From Azolla caroliniana (taxonomy: Eukaryota > Plantae > Polypodiophyta): 64,000 nucleotides of DNA. The notes under the pieces are model-generated. The model had not been told where the DNA came from, searched no databases, and saw only the letters and a program-made list of their open reading frames with translations. Numbering within the stretch: the stretch's first letter is position 1; the number at the start of each line of letters is the position of its first letter. The DNA is taken from positions 6,820,001 through 6,884,000 of the forward strand of contig JBHGNT010000009.1 of NCBI GenBank assembly GCA_043228905.1, written 5' to 3'. Position numbers and translations under genes: made by a program. Shown here in pieces: positions 49,301-63,500 of this stretch.

Positions 49301-52300
49301 GTATTAAAAATGTTTGTTCTTCTTGAAAGAGAGACAGACAGACAGACAGACAGAAGAGAGGCTCTTTTCATATGTTATTAGTATCATGGCGGCACAAATT
49401 TTGGTCGGACTGCTGGTGGCCCGTTTATAACGACGACATATGACTACGATGCTCCACTTGATGAATATGGTATGAGATTCTATAAAGTGTTCTAAAGTTT
49501 TTCCCTGTTCCATTGCTTCTTTGCTTCTGCAGTAGTGAAGAGGACAAAACCCTATTTCCAGTTGATTACGGATTTGTTCACTTTACTCTGATGCCAAATA
49601 TATGTATAACGTATTGATTGTCCAGGCCTAATCAGGCAACCCAAATGGGGTCATCTCAAGGATATGCATCAAGCTCTTAAGCTATGTGAACCCGCCATGG
49701 CTTCTGGAGATGCAACGATCTACATGTCACTTGGGCCAAATCAAGAGGTGAATCAATAGAACCAATTGAAGTTCTTAATTGAAGATTTTTCGGCAGAATT
49801 CAAATCCAATATTGGATATAAATCACATCATATTGGTAACAGGTCTATGCTTATACCAATGAGACAGAACAATGTGCCGCGTTTATATCAAACAGTGATA
49901 CAGCCGACGCAACTGTGGAGTTCAATGGCCATTCATATGATCTTCCCGGGTGGTCTGTTAGTGTGCTTCCAGACTGCAAGAATGTCGCATTTAACTCAGC
50001 GAAGATTGCTTCTCAAACTTCCATCATGGCCATGAAAGCTGTGCAGAGTTTCTCTGGGGCAAAATGGGAATGGTATCCTGAATTTCCGGGGATATGGAGC
50101 GAGAATGTTACTACTGATATGAGATGTATTGAGCAGATCAGCATCGCCAAAGATGAAACAGATTATCTTTGGTATACAACCAGGTAACGCCATTCATCCT
50201 CAAGCTAGGTCAGTTCTATTTGTTCTTTTCTCTCTTTTGTACTTCTCTTAGATATTTGAAGAGAACTCTATTTGAGATATTTCCAACCGCAGGAACCAGA
50301 ATCAATATATTGTTGATTTTGGTTGTAAATGTATTCTTTCTTTGTCTATGTGCAATCTCCACCTTGAGGGTGAGAATACATCGTCATTTTCATCATAATC
50401 GGTTTCTCTTTCTTTTTTCTTTCACATCATCATGTAATGTTCATCTCATGTGCCACTAAACCCTAAACCCTAAACTCTAAAAACCTAAACCCCAGACCTT
50501 TAATTTCTTTCTTTCTTTGTTGTCAATTAAATTGTATCACCTTGCGTGTACCTATTGAGTATATTACTGAGTTTTCCTTCTTAGAATTTATCTTTATCCT
50601 TACTCTTGTGTTGGGTGCTAACAGAAGTCTTTATACATGTGTTCAGTCTACAGATTTCTGAAAATGAACCCTTTCTTCAAAATGGCTCCAAGCCTATTCT
50701 GATGATTGATTCCATGAGAGATGCAGTTCATGTCTTCGTAAATGGAGAACTCATAGGCAAGTCTTCCATTCAAATTTTTCTACTAGTTCGTCAGTTTTAT
50801 TTGGAGATCTAAGCTGTGAAGATAAATAAATTGATAAATCTATGGTGAAAAATGAAAAATAATCTTACAATAAATTCAAAAGGTCTAGAGACAATTACTC
50901 TTAGTAAAAGAGATCAAATCTCAATGTAAAAGACAAGACATAATGTGTCACTGCATAGTCTTTGATTCAAGCACAACCATTTGGTTTCACTGTTGTGAAG
51001 TATTATCTTTACAATATCTATTCAAACTGAGCTTCTCAAATGAAACAAGGGAATTAAAAATGATGCAGTGGTTTCTTTGCTTTTTCATCAGTCAGTGGTC
51101 AAGGGCAATGGGGGAGTCCATCCTTGCAAATCGTACAACCGATCATGCTCCGTGCAGGGAAAAATGAAATCGCAATTTTGAGTATGACCATAGGATTACA
51201 GGTTTGGAAAATGCTTCTCTTCTTGATCTATATATGAGAAGGCAATAATAATGGTCAGACAGTCTTTCATACATTGATATATTAATTTGGAGTTTGATGT
51301 CTCTAGACTGGTGCGACTGGTTACGACTTGACCGGTACTGGCATACAAGGGTCGATATATGTCGATGGTCTTCAAAATGGTACCTTGGACTTATCGACCC
51401 AAAGATGGATTCATCAGGTAGGAACAACAAAATTAACATGATACTACATGCTAAAGCAGTGAAAACATTGCCCTCTCTCTCTCTCTCTCTTATGTCCTTT
51501 ATATAAACATATGCTTGAGTGTAATGGTTGAATAGTTTGTTGTGTATGACTGTGTTTGGAGTCTTCTTCTTCTTTTTTGCATATATGTAGGTTGGAATTA
51601 AAGGGGAAACTATGAAGATTTACGCACCCGATGGAATCAACAACATTCGGTGGTCTCCAGGATCTGACATGCCAAAGAATCGGCCGTTAACGTGGTATAA
51701 GGTGTGCGTCATCTTTGTTTAAATTAAATGTGGAAATACATAAATGAAGCCTAAAGAATGCTTTGTTTTACGTTGATGGTTGATGGTTGGTGTGTTCCAT
51801 TGCAATAGGCTTACTTTGATGAGCCAACTGGTGATGATCCCGTGGCGCTAGACTTAAGTAGCATGGGAAAGGGGCAAGTGTGGGTTAATGGAGAAAGCAT
51901 CGGCCGGTTTTGGCCATCATATGTGGTTCCTTCCAATAGTTGCTCGAGTGGTTGTGATTATAGAGGAACATTCAACTCAACCAAATGTGTGACCAATTGT
52001 GGGGAACCTTCCCAAAGATGGTGAGGTTATTTGGATATCTTAAATAATACAAATAACCCCAACCTTTTTTTTTGTGTGCTCTTGCTTATAATAAGAGAGG
52101 AACACATGTTTCGTATATCATATCAATTCCTACTTAGTAGTAAGGCGATAATGTATCATGTTGTGCTATGCATATGGAGTGTCTTTCTTGTACTATACTT
52201 AAAAAAGGATTATCCTAAGCGGGGTTTGCGATGTTTCATGTAGGTATCATGTTCCACGGTCGTGGTTAAAGCCAAAGGATAATCTTGTGGTTCTTTTCGA

Positions 52301-52767
52301 GGAAACCGGTGGTGATCCAACGTTGACATCACAAGTGGTTAGGGTTGTTGATACCATATGTAGCTACATCGGGGAGAATTATCCTCCACCTCTTAGTGGA
52401 TGGTCATCGGAGTTGGCAAACATAAGTTCTCCACTTTTGAGCTTGGAATGCGGAAAAGGTCAAAGCATCGCGTCCTTGAAGTTTGCTAGTTTTGGGACTC
52501 CGACCGGTCAATGTGGGAACTTCCGACGAGGGCTTTGTCATGCTCCACAATCCCTAGAGATCTTAGAAAAGGTAAAATATGTCTTGATTCATTCATCCCT
52601 CAGGTGCATAAAATTTTGATCTTATATTTATGTATTGGTTTGGTTTGGTTTGGCAGAGGTGTCTTGGCCGTAAAAGGTGTAGTGTCATCGTTTCGTCTTT
52701 CATGTTTGGAGGGAATCCATGCCCACAACAAAGCAAGAGTCTTGCCGTAGAAGCACAATGCATATGA
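46399..52767 (+). CDS. Beta-galactosidase, glycoside hydrolase family 35, with signal peptide and C-terminal galactose-binding (SUEL) lectin domain; multi-exon
   Basis: [13 protein letters not shown]...[51 protein letters not shown] (acid/base Glu), [11 protein letters not shown] (nucleophile Glu), [54 protein letters not shown], ending SLAVEAQCI*. Confidence 0.95.
47931..48136. repeat. Compound (ACACAT)n-(GTAT/GTATAT)n microsatellite in a beta-galactosidase intron
   Basis: Directly visible. It produces the spurious MYVCMY ORFs. Confidence 0.95.
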
Positions 52768-55700
52768 CACCCACCCCCTCCAATAATAAAGAAGAAAAAA
52801 TTATCGTACCAAAAAGTGGACATGTTCTCCTTCAGGTTGTAACCTTGGGGTTGTAACCTAGGAACCTAAGGTTTCATAATCTCCCCAATGGCCCTTACGA
52901 ACATGTGGAGCTTCGAGGATAGATAGATAAATAAGATGGTGAAATGTGGCTTCTCATCTAGGGCAACACTCTGATACACTTCGACACCATAAGAGAAAAT
53001 AGCAACAATGATATTACCAAAAACTCTTGCGGCTTCAATATTGCCATAAACGTAGCTCAACAATAAAGTAAAAATGTCCGGAGGAATTAAGCACATGAAT
53101 CATATTTAAGCTCGTGAACAACTTTCCTGTATGATGATATGTTAAGATATCGTTGTTCTTGTCTCAAAGTGTGCTTTTTGAGTGTTGTAGTTAAGCAATA
53201 TCAACTCGTGCACAGAAATGAATTTCGGCTTGAGAAAGAATGAACAAGTATAATGAACAAAGTGTTGATTGAGCCAAGTTTCTTATGAGAATTTTGAATT
53301 GGCACATTTTCAGTTGCCATAATTTCCAATAGCATCTCCTAATTAAGGTCCATTTTTATATACATCACAAGGAGATATGTATATGAATGAAGCAATGCCA
53401 TGCTAGATTAGGTGAAAGCTTGATCATCAATATATGATCAAAAGATTCATGATCCTTATGAGTTGTCCCATTCTCCTCATATGTTCTATGCAAAGATATT
53501 GGTTGTGCCACAATTTGACTCATAACTTGCCTTTCTCATCCCTCTAAATGCTTTATTGGTCAAATATTAAGTTCTCAAATGCCAAGAAAAATGTTTTGAC
53601 AACTTCATCACTTCAAACTTTTCTACCTTTGAACCTTATGAGTACATCTTGCTTTTGTCATATTTTTGCCAAAATATTTGTTTCCTACAATGCATTTAGA
53701 AACCTCAAGGATCATAACTAATGACAAATAGATCAAAATGCCCACAATAGAGTAGATGTTATTTCACACAATTCCATTAAACCTCACGACACATTCTTAT
53801 ATGTATACATCCATCCTTCCAACAATGATCGTTATCAACATCTTGCCCTCACCATACTTCATATCGTCTACTGAGACATTTGGCCTAAATTCGTATACAT
53901 ACATTGAAACTACATGAAGACGTAAAGATTTCGCATAGAAAATTAAGACTTATATCTTTATTTGGACACCAAAACTGACCTAAGTTCTCCACCCCCCCCT
54001 CTCTGTCTACACACACACACACACACACACACACATTACAACTTGTAGGGTTTTCTATGACTTCTATCATACCATTGTACTCTCTCAATGAACATATTTT
54101 GGCTAATACATTATTCCGTAATTACATGGTTGGTAACTAAGAATTATAGTTAACAATGGTGTGAGGAAATTTGGTATCGGATCTTTGGCTATAGTAAACA
54201 AAAGTGTAGATACATTTATGTGACAAACTTTTATCAAGCCATAGTTCCTTTTGCATTTCCCAATTCCCATGGTCATACTTATTGCAACTTCTATCACCTT
54301 CATTTTGGATTGGTGTTGTAAACTATGTTTTTAATTTTTCAATACTTGGATCTTGCCTATATGTTATATGAAGCTAGAGCCTAGAGGGTGGAGAGATACA
54401 CATACTTATATGTATAATAGTAATTCAAAAGCATTCAAACATTAAGGGCAATAAAGTTCCTCTTGCTTTACACTAGAATTCCACCTCATGGGATCGGGCA
54501 AAGTAGTTGAATATGGAAAAATACCTTTGTCAATATCATAGTCTTCCAACAGTAATTTATGTCCATGTGATTGAAAGGGAAGGATCTCTCTTTGCACATT
54601 AGAATCCTCTTCTTTGATAGGAACTATTCTACCACCTATGCAGCCTTGTGGTCATCCCAAACTTGCCTATCCAACATAGCATTGGGGAATGGGTGACCCT
54701 CATATGCCTATGCACACTTGTTGCTTCGTTTTCTGTAGATCATGCACTTCAATGCAAAAGGGTTGGATCTCTATGTTGATGCTCCAAAAATAAAATGCAT
54801 GTATACATAATATATTAATAATTATAAAATCTCAAAAGAAAATGTCTATGATGCTTAATGTTTTACTTTTTGTGCATATACTTTGGGTCTAAGCGTGTAA
54901 GAATTGATGACTTCAAGCTATGGTGGCATTGGGCTTTTTCACATAAGAAAGAAGTATCTTGGGAAAATGTTAAATATATAATATCTTAGAAAATAATATC
55001 CTCTAGGTAATCTATAACTACATTACAATTTGTTTTCTACTAGCCTATTACATAAAGATCCAATATAGGTTTTGTTGTTGTAGAGTATATGTTTCACTTT
55101 CAAAATGTAATAAAAGTTGACGCATGCCATGGTCTTTGGAGAATCAAGAGATTGATTTAATCTAGTATAGAAAAGAAGGGGGAAGCCCCTTCTACAAAGA
55201 AAATCAAACTACACTTCCCTTTAGAGATGAGCGCCTTGGATTTGTGTTCTAGATGAGAAGCATTCATTTATGTAATTATATTGATTTGTTTTGTAATTGT
55301 ATAATGATTTGACTTGAAATCATTAGACATTGGCTTGAAATAAATTATAATATACTTTTCAAAGCAATATCACATCAATCCAATACATATCGTGCAATTT
55401 GAAAAAAGCACAAATTAGCCTCACTTCAAGACTTTTGAAAGATTGTCTTGTACTTCCTACTTGTCCCCTTTAGATTTATTTGGTAACAACCTAATGAAAA
55501 TCTAAGAAGATACATAAGATGTAGAGTGACCAATGAGTGATTTGACCCGTGCTTGGCCTAAATAGGAGAAAGCAAGACGTCACGAGTAAGACTTTTAAGA
55601 CGTTAATCTTTCCTACTCAAGTATCATTCAAGAAATATCTAATGTGTAACTTGTGGTTGAATTTATTTGCATGGTGTTATGTGTAGCACTTGTGTGTGTG

Positions 55701-56905
55701 AGAGGGAGGGAGGGATAAGATAGGGATTACATGGGTTGCGTGGAACCATATAGCAACCCCGAAATGCTTGGGGGAAGCAATCATGTATATGATGGCTCAT
55801 AGATTTTGTAATTGCAAGATATTTGTTTGCATTCACAACCATAGATACCTATTGTCAAGTATTTTATTGAAGAGGTTGTAACAAATGAGAAGACAATGAT
55901 TAAGGCATCCTTGGTGGCTAATATTTAATGGAAGTATTTCATTTAAAATTCCTAGTCCTTCATGTGCTCAACACTTGGTTGTCTCATGGCACAAAGTGCT
56001 CACTGTATTTGCATGAATGGACGTCACACGATCATCTAGTAGAGAGCACTATAATTCATTTGCAAAAAGAGTTACTCAACTCTTCTCAATTATTATGTTA
56101 ATAAATCCCATCTAATTATGGGTTTATTTGGCAACACTTACAAAGTATAATATTGATATGGAGCCCTTTACCTATACAAAATAGAACCCTAAACCCTAAA
56201 CCCTAAATCAAACTACAAAGTAATGGGTTTTTGTGGTCATAAGACTTTGTTTTTATAAGCGACTGTTACTCTCCTACATCATTGCTCCATTGAATACTGT
56301 TATGGATATCTTCTAAATTTGAATAAGAATGGAAAGTAGGTAGGTCGGATTCTAAATGGCCACTTCTAGCAAAGGTTTTCATTTGGAGTGTATTGATTGG
56401 GAGCTTACCTTTGGAATTAGCTCTAAAGAGATGTATATTGACAAGATATTGTTCTTCTTTTGTATTGTTCAAGTGAAGATAGTACTCATAGTTTTATATG
56501 ATGCTGGGTTCCTTGTCATATGGCAAGCTTTTTCATGTTATTTAACACCAAGATAATGGGTGTTTGTGCAATTTACACAGCTCAACTTGAGATAAGAGGT
56601 GGAAATTAGTTTCCTCTTTCTAAGATATTAGGGATTGTGTCATATTTAGGATATGCTAAACTCTTTTATATTTGATGGTAGGCATGAAGTTAGAGTGTAT
56701 CTACGATAATTGAAGGGAGTATTGATGTGATAGTTTTGTTTATTGGTGCTAGTTAAAACTCTTTACTCAATGGAGTGTTGGTTTTGCTTGTTGGCAATTC
56801 AACATGCCCCACTACCCATATTTGTGGTATGATTGTAGTGTTTTCACACACATTTATTAATATAATTTTGTTTTCATCGAGTACATCTCTCTCTCTCTCT
56901 CTCAT

Positions 56906-57359
56906 ACTACACATGTTGCACCTAAATACAAAACCATATTCTTCGCAGAACGGGGAAACCGTACACATTGATACATGTTAGACCCCATCTTGTTATCTAC
57001 CATTCGAACCATTGCTTCCATGCGACTTAGCTCACATGCATCGCGGACGGGGCATTGGGGCACAAGTGATGAGAGTGGCCGGCTATGCACACTTTGCCCT
57101 AAACAAGTTCAAGAGTATGAGTATCACACTTTGATACAATGCTCTGCCTTTGATCATATTCGACCATGCTTTCCACATCTCTTCGACCGAGCCCAATCCT
57201 TGCACAAATTTCTCTCACAACCACAATGTACTCTCTCGATTGCAACATTCATTGGTAAAGTTCTTGAACATCGAGAGTCGTTACTCGCTTTCACATGTAA
57301 CACGTGAAATGTAATATTTTTGGTCTCATAGGTCATATTTGACCTCCGAAGACGATAAT

Positions 57360-57362
<3 letters not shown>
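56906..57362 (+). mobile_element. 5'-truncated LINE 3' end with CCHC zinc finger, lying between (CT)n tracts
   Basis: RTIASMRLSSH...GHW...RLCTLCPKQVQEYEYHTLIQCSAFDHIR is a typical non-LTR ORF2 C-terminus. (CT)n-CAT occurs on both sides. Confidence 0.88.
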
Positions 57363-57414
<52 letters not shown>

Positions 57415-58519
57415 GAGCATCAAGCATCATCATCACATGAGCATTGTTTCTTCAAGGCCACGAACATTCTCTATCCCTATCTCTTTGTGTTTGTATTGTT
57501 GAAGGAATAATTCGTTACAACAACATGATAGTGTGTCTATTTTTGTTTATTCTAAAACTAGAAGTTGAGGTTATCGTTTTTAGCATTTGTAAGCTCAATT
57601 GAACATATGAGGTAAAAGATATGCGTAAAACAAGCTAAACTAGAATTGAGGCACAATGGATCATATATCTATGGTGAATACATCAAGAATTGGCCCATTA
57701 TCATCAAACTTTGTCCACAAACCCATGTATGTATTGATCAATCATTGGATTATATAAGTAAAAAGGGTAAATTATGTGATCTTGCTATCAAAAAGTTAAA
57801 TCTATATGCAAATGAGTTTGAGAATCGTGGCATGACCATTTCCCTTGTGAAAAACAATTGGAAGCAATTGAAAGATGTCATTACCAATGTAGGGTATCAA
57901 TGTCTAAGTGCATGTGTAGTTGGACATTGAATGCTTAGTTTCCCATGTAATGTTTAGTTCGATTAAGAATGCAAGGGGTTCATCTTGAATTGTTGAAACT
58001 TCAAGCTTAGAAAAGATAAAAATGAAAAACCTAACATTATATCAATATTGAAGAATGGTGAGGAAAAAGAAGAGGCTATATTATCAAATGCAAGAAAGGA
58101 AGAAAGTGAAAATGTTTTAACTCCCACCAAAAGTGATCGTGGATACAACCGATGGGAAAAAATAGGTAGTTATAGTTACCGAATGCACCTATGAAGAGAT
58201 GGGACAATATGTAAAGCTTTATATGAATGATAAGATAATGCCTATGAGATTCGGTATAGAAACACCACGTAGTATACTTCTATCAATTGAAAATGCTAAT
58301 AGATTGGGAAAAAATATGTCCAATTGCAAATCATTCAATGCAAACTTAATAACAAGTGAACTCTTGAAATGGACAAGACCAACAAACCTACCAATCAATA
58401 GTAATATCATTAATCACACTATCAAACAAGTTTTTTTGCATGGTTTGGTCCAACTATTGAACTATCATGGTTACCTCTCCTATGGCTAAGTTATATAGCA
58501 CTATGATGGAACAAAAGAT

Positions 58520-60200
58520 TAGCTCATGCATTAGACATCATCGTAAACGAGCACTGGACCAAAATATTTCACAATCAATTATTTGGTTACAATAAGATAA
58601 ATTATGAAAGAAAGGTGATTTCAAGGAAGACACTATATTCTTGTTTTGTGGACTTAAAGAAAGCCTTGGATAGTGTACCAAAAAGTGAGCTTTGGAAAAG
58701 AATGATAGAAATCCAAATATCATTGGAATATTGAGCAATGAAAATGGGTGATTTCAATAAATACTTTGTAGACAAAAGGCGGTGTTCACTCTCTTCCACT
58801 CTTTGATCTATGCATCGATGAAGTAGAAGAAATATTAAATAGATGGCCCAAAACTCATGCAAATGATTATTTTTATACTCTTATATACATATTGATGATG
58901 TGTTCTTCTCATATACAATGGATGATAGACAACACTTGATGTATTGAAAACATTCTATCAACAAGCTAATTGTTAACATGAACATAATAAAAATCATGGT
59001 AACGAAGGCATATGAACCAACACACTAGCCCATTTTTACATACAAGGAGAACTGACATAGAGTGGCACAAAGCTTCAAATATCTTGATATTAATGTCCCA
59101 TCAACAAAAGGTGGAATGTATATGATGGGTCTAGACTTCAAGTTGGTTGAAATATCATATTTTTGGTAATCAATGCAACCAAAGTGATGCGAATTGAGAT
59201 TGATCTAATTCAATGTTATGGTGGTCAAGTGTTGCTTTTTGGAGTGGAAGTGCGGGATTGCACTATCTCACTTAGCATTAGGTGCTCAACATGAGGATTT
59301 GTTAGCCTTGCAAAGAGTTTACAAAGATTCCACAAAAAGGTGAAGAATATGCTCAATCACAAATGGATAAGAGCAAATTCTCTTATGTGGATATCATATT
59401 TTTGGTAATCAATGCAACCAAAGTGATGTGAATTGGGATTGATCTAATTCAATGTTATGGTGGTCCAAGTGTTGCTTTTTGGAGTGGAAGTGCGGGATTG
59501 CACTATCTCACTTAGAATGGGTGCTCAACCCAAGGATTTGTAGCCTTGCAAAGAGAATACAAAGATTCCACAAAAAGGTGAAGAATATGCTCAATCACAA
59601 ATGGATAAGAGCAAATTCTCTTATGTGGATAGGTTGTTGACATAATGAAATGGTTTAATAAATGGGGAGTAAAAGGTCTATCGGAGCTCCCAAGTGATGC
59701 CATAAAAAATGTGACCATTGAGAATAGACTACTTGGCAAGAAGCTAAATTGTCAAATTTGGCATATTACATTGCAAATGTTAACCCTCAATGGTGGGGCC
59801 AATAGAAGGTAAAAATGCCAAAACATCTTGCTACCTCTATGAACCTTGGCTCCTCTAAGAGTTGTAAACTTTGTAGAACTCACTCACATAAGTTAGGTGT
59901 TGGGGTAGTATCCATGCATCATCACCCAAAGATGAAGGTCTGCCATGAAAACCTCGTGGAGGATGAATACCATTTCTTGAATGCTCAACATATAAGATAA
60001 TCCAAGAGAAGTATGACAACTTGTTCAATGCAGAAGATAATTTAAGCGCAAACACAAATTTCCACCAAGAGAGGTGAACACATGTGCATGGATTACTTTC
60101 ACATAGACATAGTAGTAATCCCCTTCTTAAGACAGGATCACACATACAAGACAGTATGTTGATTTGGCCCTATAGGCATGTTCTATCAAGGCAATCATCT
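58520..60200 (+). mobile_element. Heavily decayed LINE of a second family (RT through C-terminal zinc finger), with an internal tandem duplication of about 239 bp
   Basis: CFVDLKKALDSVPKSELWKRMIEIQI, SFKYLDIN, CHENLVEDEYHFL. 59152-59390 is repeated at 59391-59633. Confidence 0.78.
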
Positions 60201-60525
60201 GATAAGTGAATAAGATTAGAACCCTGATGTATGGTTGATAAAAAAGACTGCTTATCAATATGATGAGGTTTAAGAATCAGAGATATTATATATTCTTGGG
60301 CTAATGATGTGTAACTAAATTTAGCTTCGGTTTAAATTGACTTTGTTTTTCAAATGTTAATGCAACAAGTTGGCAAGTTTAAGTAAGAAAAAAAAAGGGT
60401 TGCCATACCCTCATGTTGGGATGTGAGTAGTTATTAGTAGATAGTGAAGGAAGCAAGGCTAAACTTTGCCTCCCAATGCTTATTTTGGAAGAAAGAATAT
60501 AGTGTGTTTCCCCTACAATTATATT

Positions 60526-63500
60526 TTACAATTTGGAGTTGGGTTCAATGTTGCGGACAGGGCCTTTGAACCACTTGCGAGCATCGACGATCCACCAAAG
60601 GAGAATAAGGGAGAGCACAATGCCCAAAGCAATAGGGGCATAGTTGAAGGTTGTAAGCTCGATGGGATATTGAGTGGGCAACAAGAAGACAGCACAAGTG
60701 TAACATATCCATAGGAATGCAACCAAGCAAATGGGGCGACTAAATCGGCCCAAGAAAAATGGCCCCGGTTTGAACTTTGACGGCTCCATTATCATTCTTG
60801 CAAAGATTGGCACGGCGTAACCGCCCACCCATCCAATTGTACAAATCGATGTTATTGCCGTGAACACCACATTCACGGCCAGTATGGGTAGCCCCAAGAT
60901 AGCACAAAGGAAAGCACATAACCACACTGCATTCGCCGGGACCTTATACTTGGGATGAATCTTTCTCCATATCTTGGACCCTGGAATGCCACCGTCCCTC
61001 GATAATGCATATACCTGCACAATGTGGAGCCCAATTTTAGTTAATTATCATTATCAGCCCCGCATCCATTGGGGGATCCACAAAAATAACAGTGTTTTTT
61101 AGGGCAAAAAACAGCCCACCACTCTTGCAGCACTTGTCAAAATCGAGAGCCCGCCGAAGAAAAAGGATCCCCATATCACACAAAGTATCACTATTGCTCC
61201 TGCCCCGCTTTTGTAGCGCCCGTAGAAGGCATCATAGAGAATTTGAGCAATCACAAAGCTCCCAGCTGTCTCATTGTTGGGATCATATAGATAGGCCGGA
61301 TCCTGAAATAAGATCATATTCAATCAAATGCCAACTAAACTGAATTCAAAGCTGGATATATATATTTTTATGATGTTTGGTTACTCTTTATATATATATA
61401 TATATATATGTGCATAAAAGAGAAACTAGACATCATAAAATGGACACCTAAAATCTTCCTATTTGAACAAAATCTGATATAAAATGAAAGGATATGTTAC
61501 ACTTGTGCTGGATATCCATAAAAGAAATGTCATAAAATAAAATGGAGGGAGGGGGGGGAAGAGAGAATTGGTTTGCTCACCTGAATACTGAATGTGAGAG
61601 CCAAAATGTAAGCCCACCCAAATATTGAAATGATTCCAATACTAGAGAGGATGGCAATGGGACCATTCTTATCAGCTCCTTTTGTTTCCTCCGTCAAATG
61701 GGCAGCCGCATCATAGCCATAGAGGGAGTACTGGCTTACAAGAAACGAAAGAACAACAGCGTACGGTTTACTCTGAATGCCGGTGATATCATATGATAGG
61801 TGAAACCCTGAGAAGACATAAGATGCTGTTTGAGTTGAAGGTGCAACCAATGGAAGCAAGACCACGATAACTGCCCCTCCGATCACCTACACACAACCAC
61901 ATATATGTTTATATATATATATACACACACACAATAAAATCCACATGTTATAGCTTATCTATACCTGTAGTAGAATTGCAAAAACTCGTTAAATGCAAGG
62001 TCATTTACACAGGATTTTAAGTGTGCAAAATCCTAGAATATGATAATGATAATAAAATCAAGACACATACTTGCATCTCAATCCTAGAATATGATAATAG
62101 TAAAAATATCAAGATCCACATACTTGCCACCAGATCGAAATGATATCGATGTAAGCGATCACATCCAAAGCAAACGTGTTTAAGACTGCCCATATGAAAG
62201 TTAGACCAAGATACATGGCCAAGAAAATGCCACGAGGTGCGAAGTAACCATTGTCCGTATTCGTCCCAGTGCTCAAGAGAATTATGTTTTGGAGAACTTG
62301 AGATCCTGCATAAGCCTTGGCAATGATCCAAGAATCATTGGAGTAATAGAAAGAACACATTATCAATGGAAGCGCAATTTTATCATTACATTATATTGTC
62401 TTTTTGCATAGCAAAAGCAAAAGAAATCCATAAATGCAATATCAGAAACAAAAGTCTCAACTAAGTGTATGATAATCATAAAAGATCTCAACACATACTA
62501 GAAATTAACAAAATTGGAAATATTTGAGAGTTCAACTCACTTTTACACAACGAAAAAGGAATCAAATTTGAACTACAGAATATTAAAACTGAAGGGATAG
62601 AACTAGAAACACTCCATGGCCTAATATCATCTATACCCTCGGTATTATAATCAATGTCATACCCTTGTTCCAAGAAAGCAGGAAAGATCTTTTAACCACG
62701 ATTTTGATCAAAGTAAAACCAATTCAATAATGAATTAGAAGTTGGTTAGTACCTGGGTCCCAACACCGGCAATCAGGCCTATTGTTTCCAGCCATGCACA
62801 ACACCATGATGCAAAAGGACCCCATTTTGGTCCAGCCAAATGAGCCGCCCAAAAGTATAGAGACCCAGTTGTCTACAGAAGTCCAACAATTTTATTTTAT
62901 TCACAAATCTAACCCAGATCAATTTGTATTATTGATGCATGTGTGTTTAATTAATTTCATATTTAGCCACAAACTTAAGCACATAATATGACATAGCAGT
63001 AAACAGGTTTGCATCAATAATGTTTTTACATGCTCAATTAAGCACACTAAGCACTAAGCTAGCAAGCTTAACATAAAAAGAATACACACATAAAAAAACT
63101 AATTTGCACTAATGATGCATGTGTGCTTAATAAATTGCTCAAAAATATACACCAAAACACTAAAATCTAGCATGAAATGTGACATAGGCTAATAACAAGA
63201 CTATCAAGCACACATCAACATCTTAAACCAAGTTAATTTGCATGAATGATGCGTATGCATGCTTAATTAATTTTCGATAAATACACACTACAGCACTTAA
63301 TCTAGCATGCATGGAGTATCCAGATCAGGGAAAAAAACAACTAGCTTATTAGCATTGTTCTCCTTGAGTGTCCTAGTATAAGAGAGATACGTTATGACAC
63401 AGCCAATATATCTTCCATTGCATGTAGCTATGCCTTGTCCTGGGTACACAAGTTTTATATGTACATACATATTTATTGATTGAGAAACACATCTAGAAAC

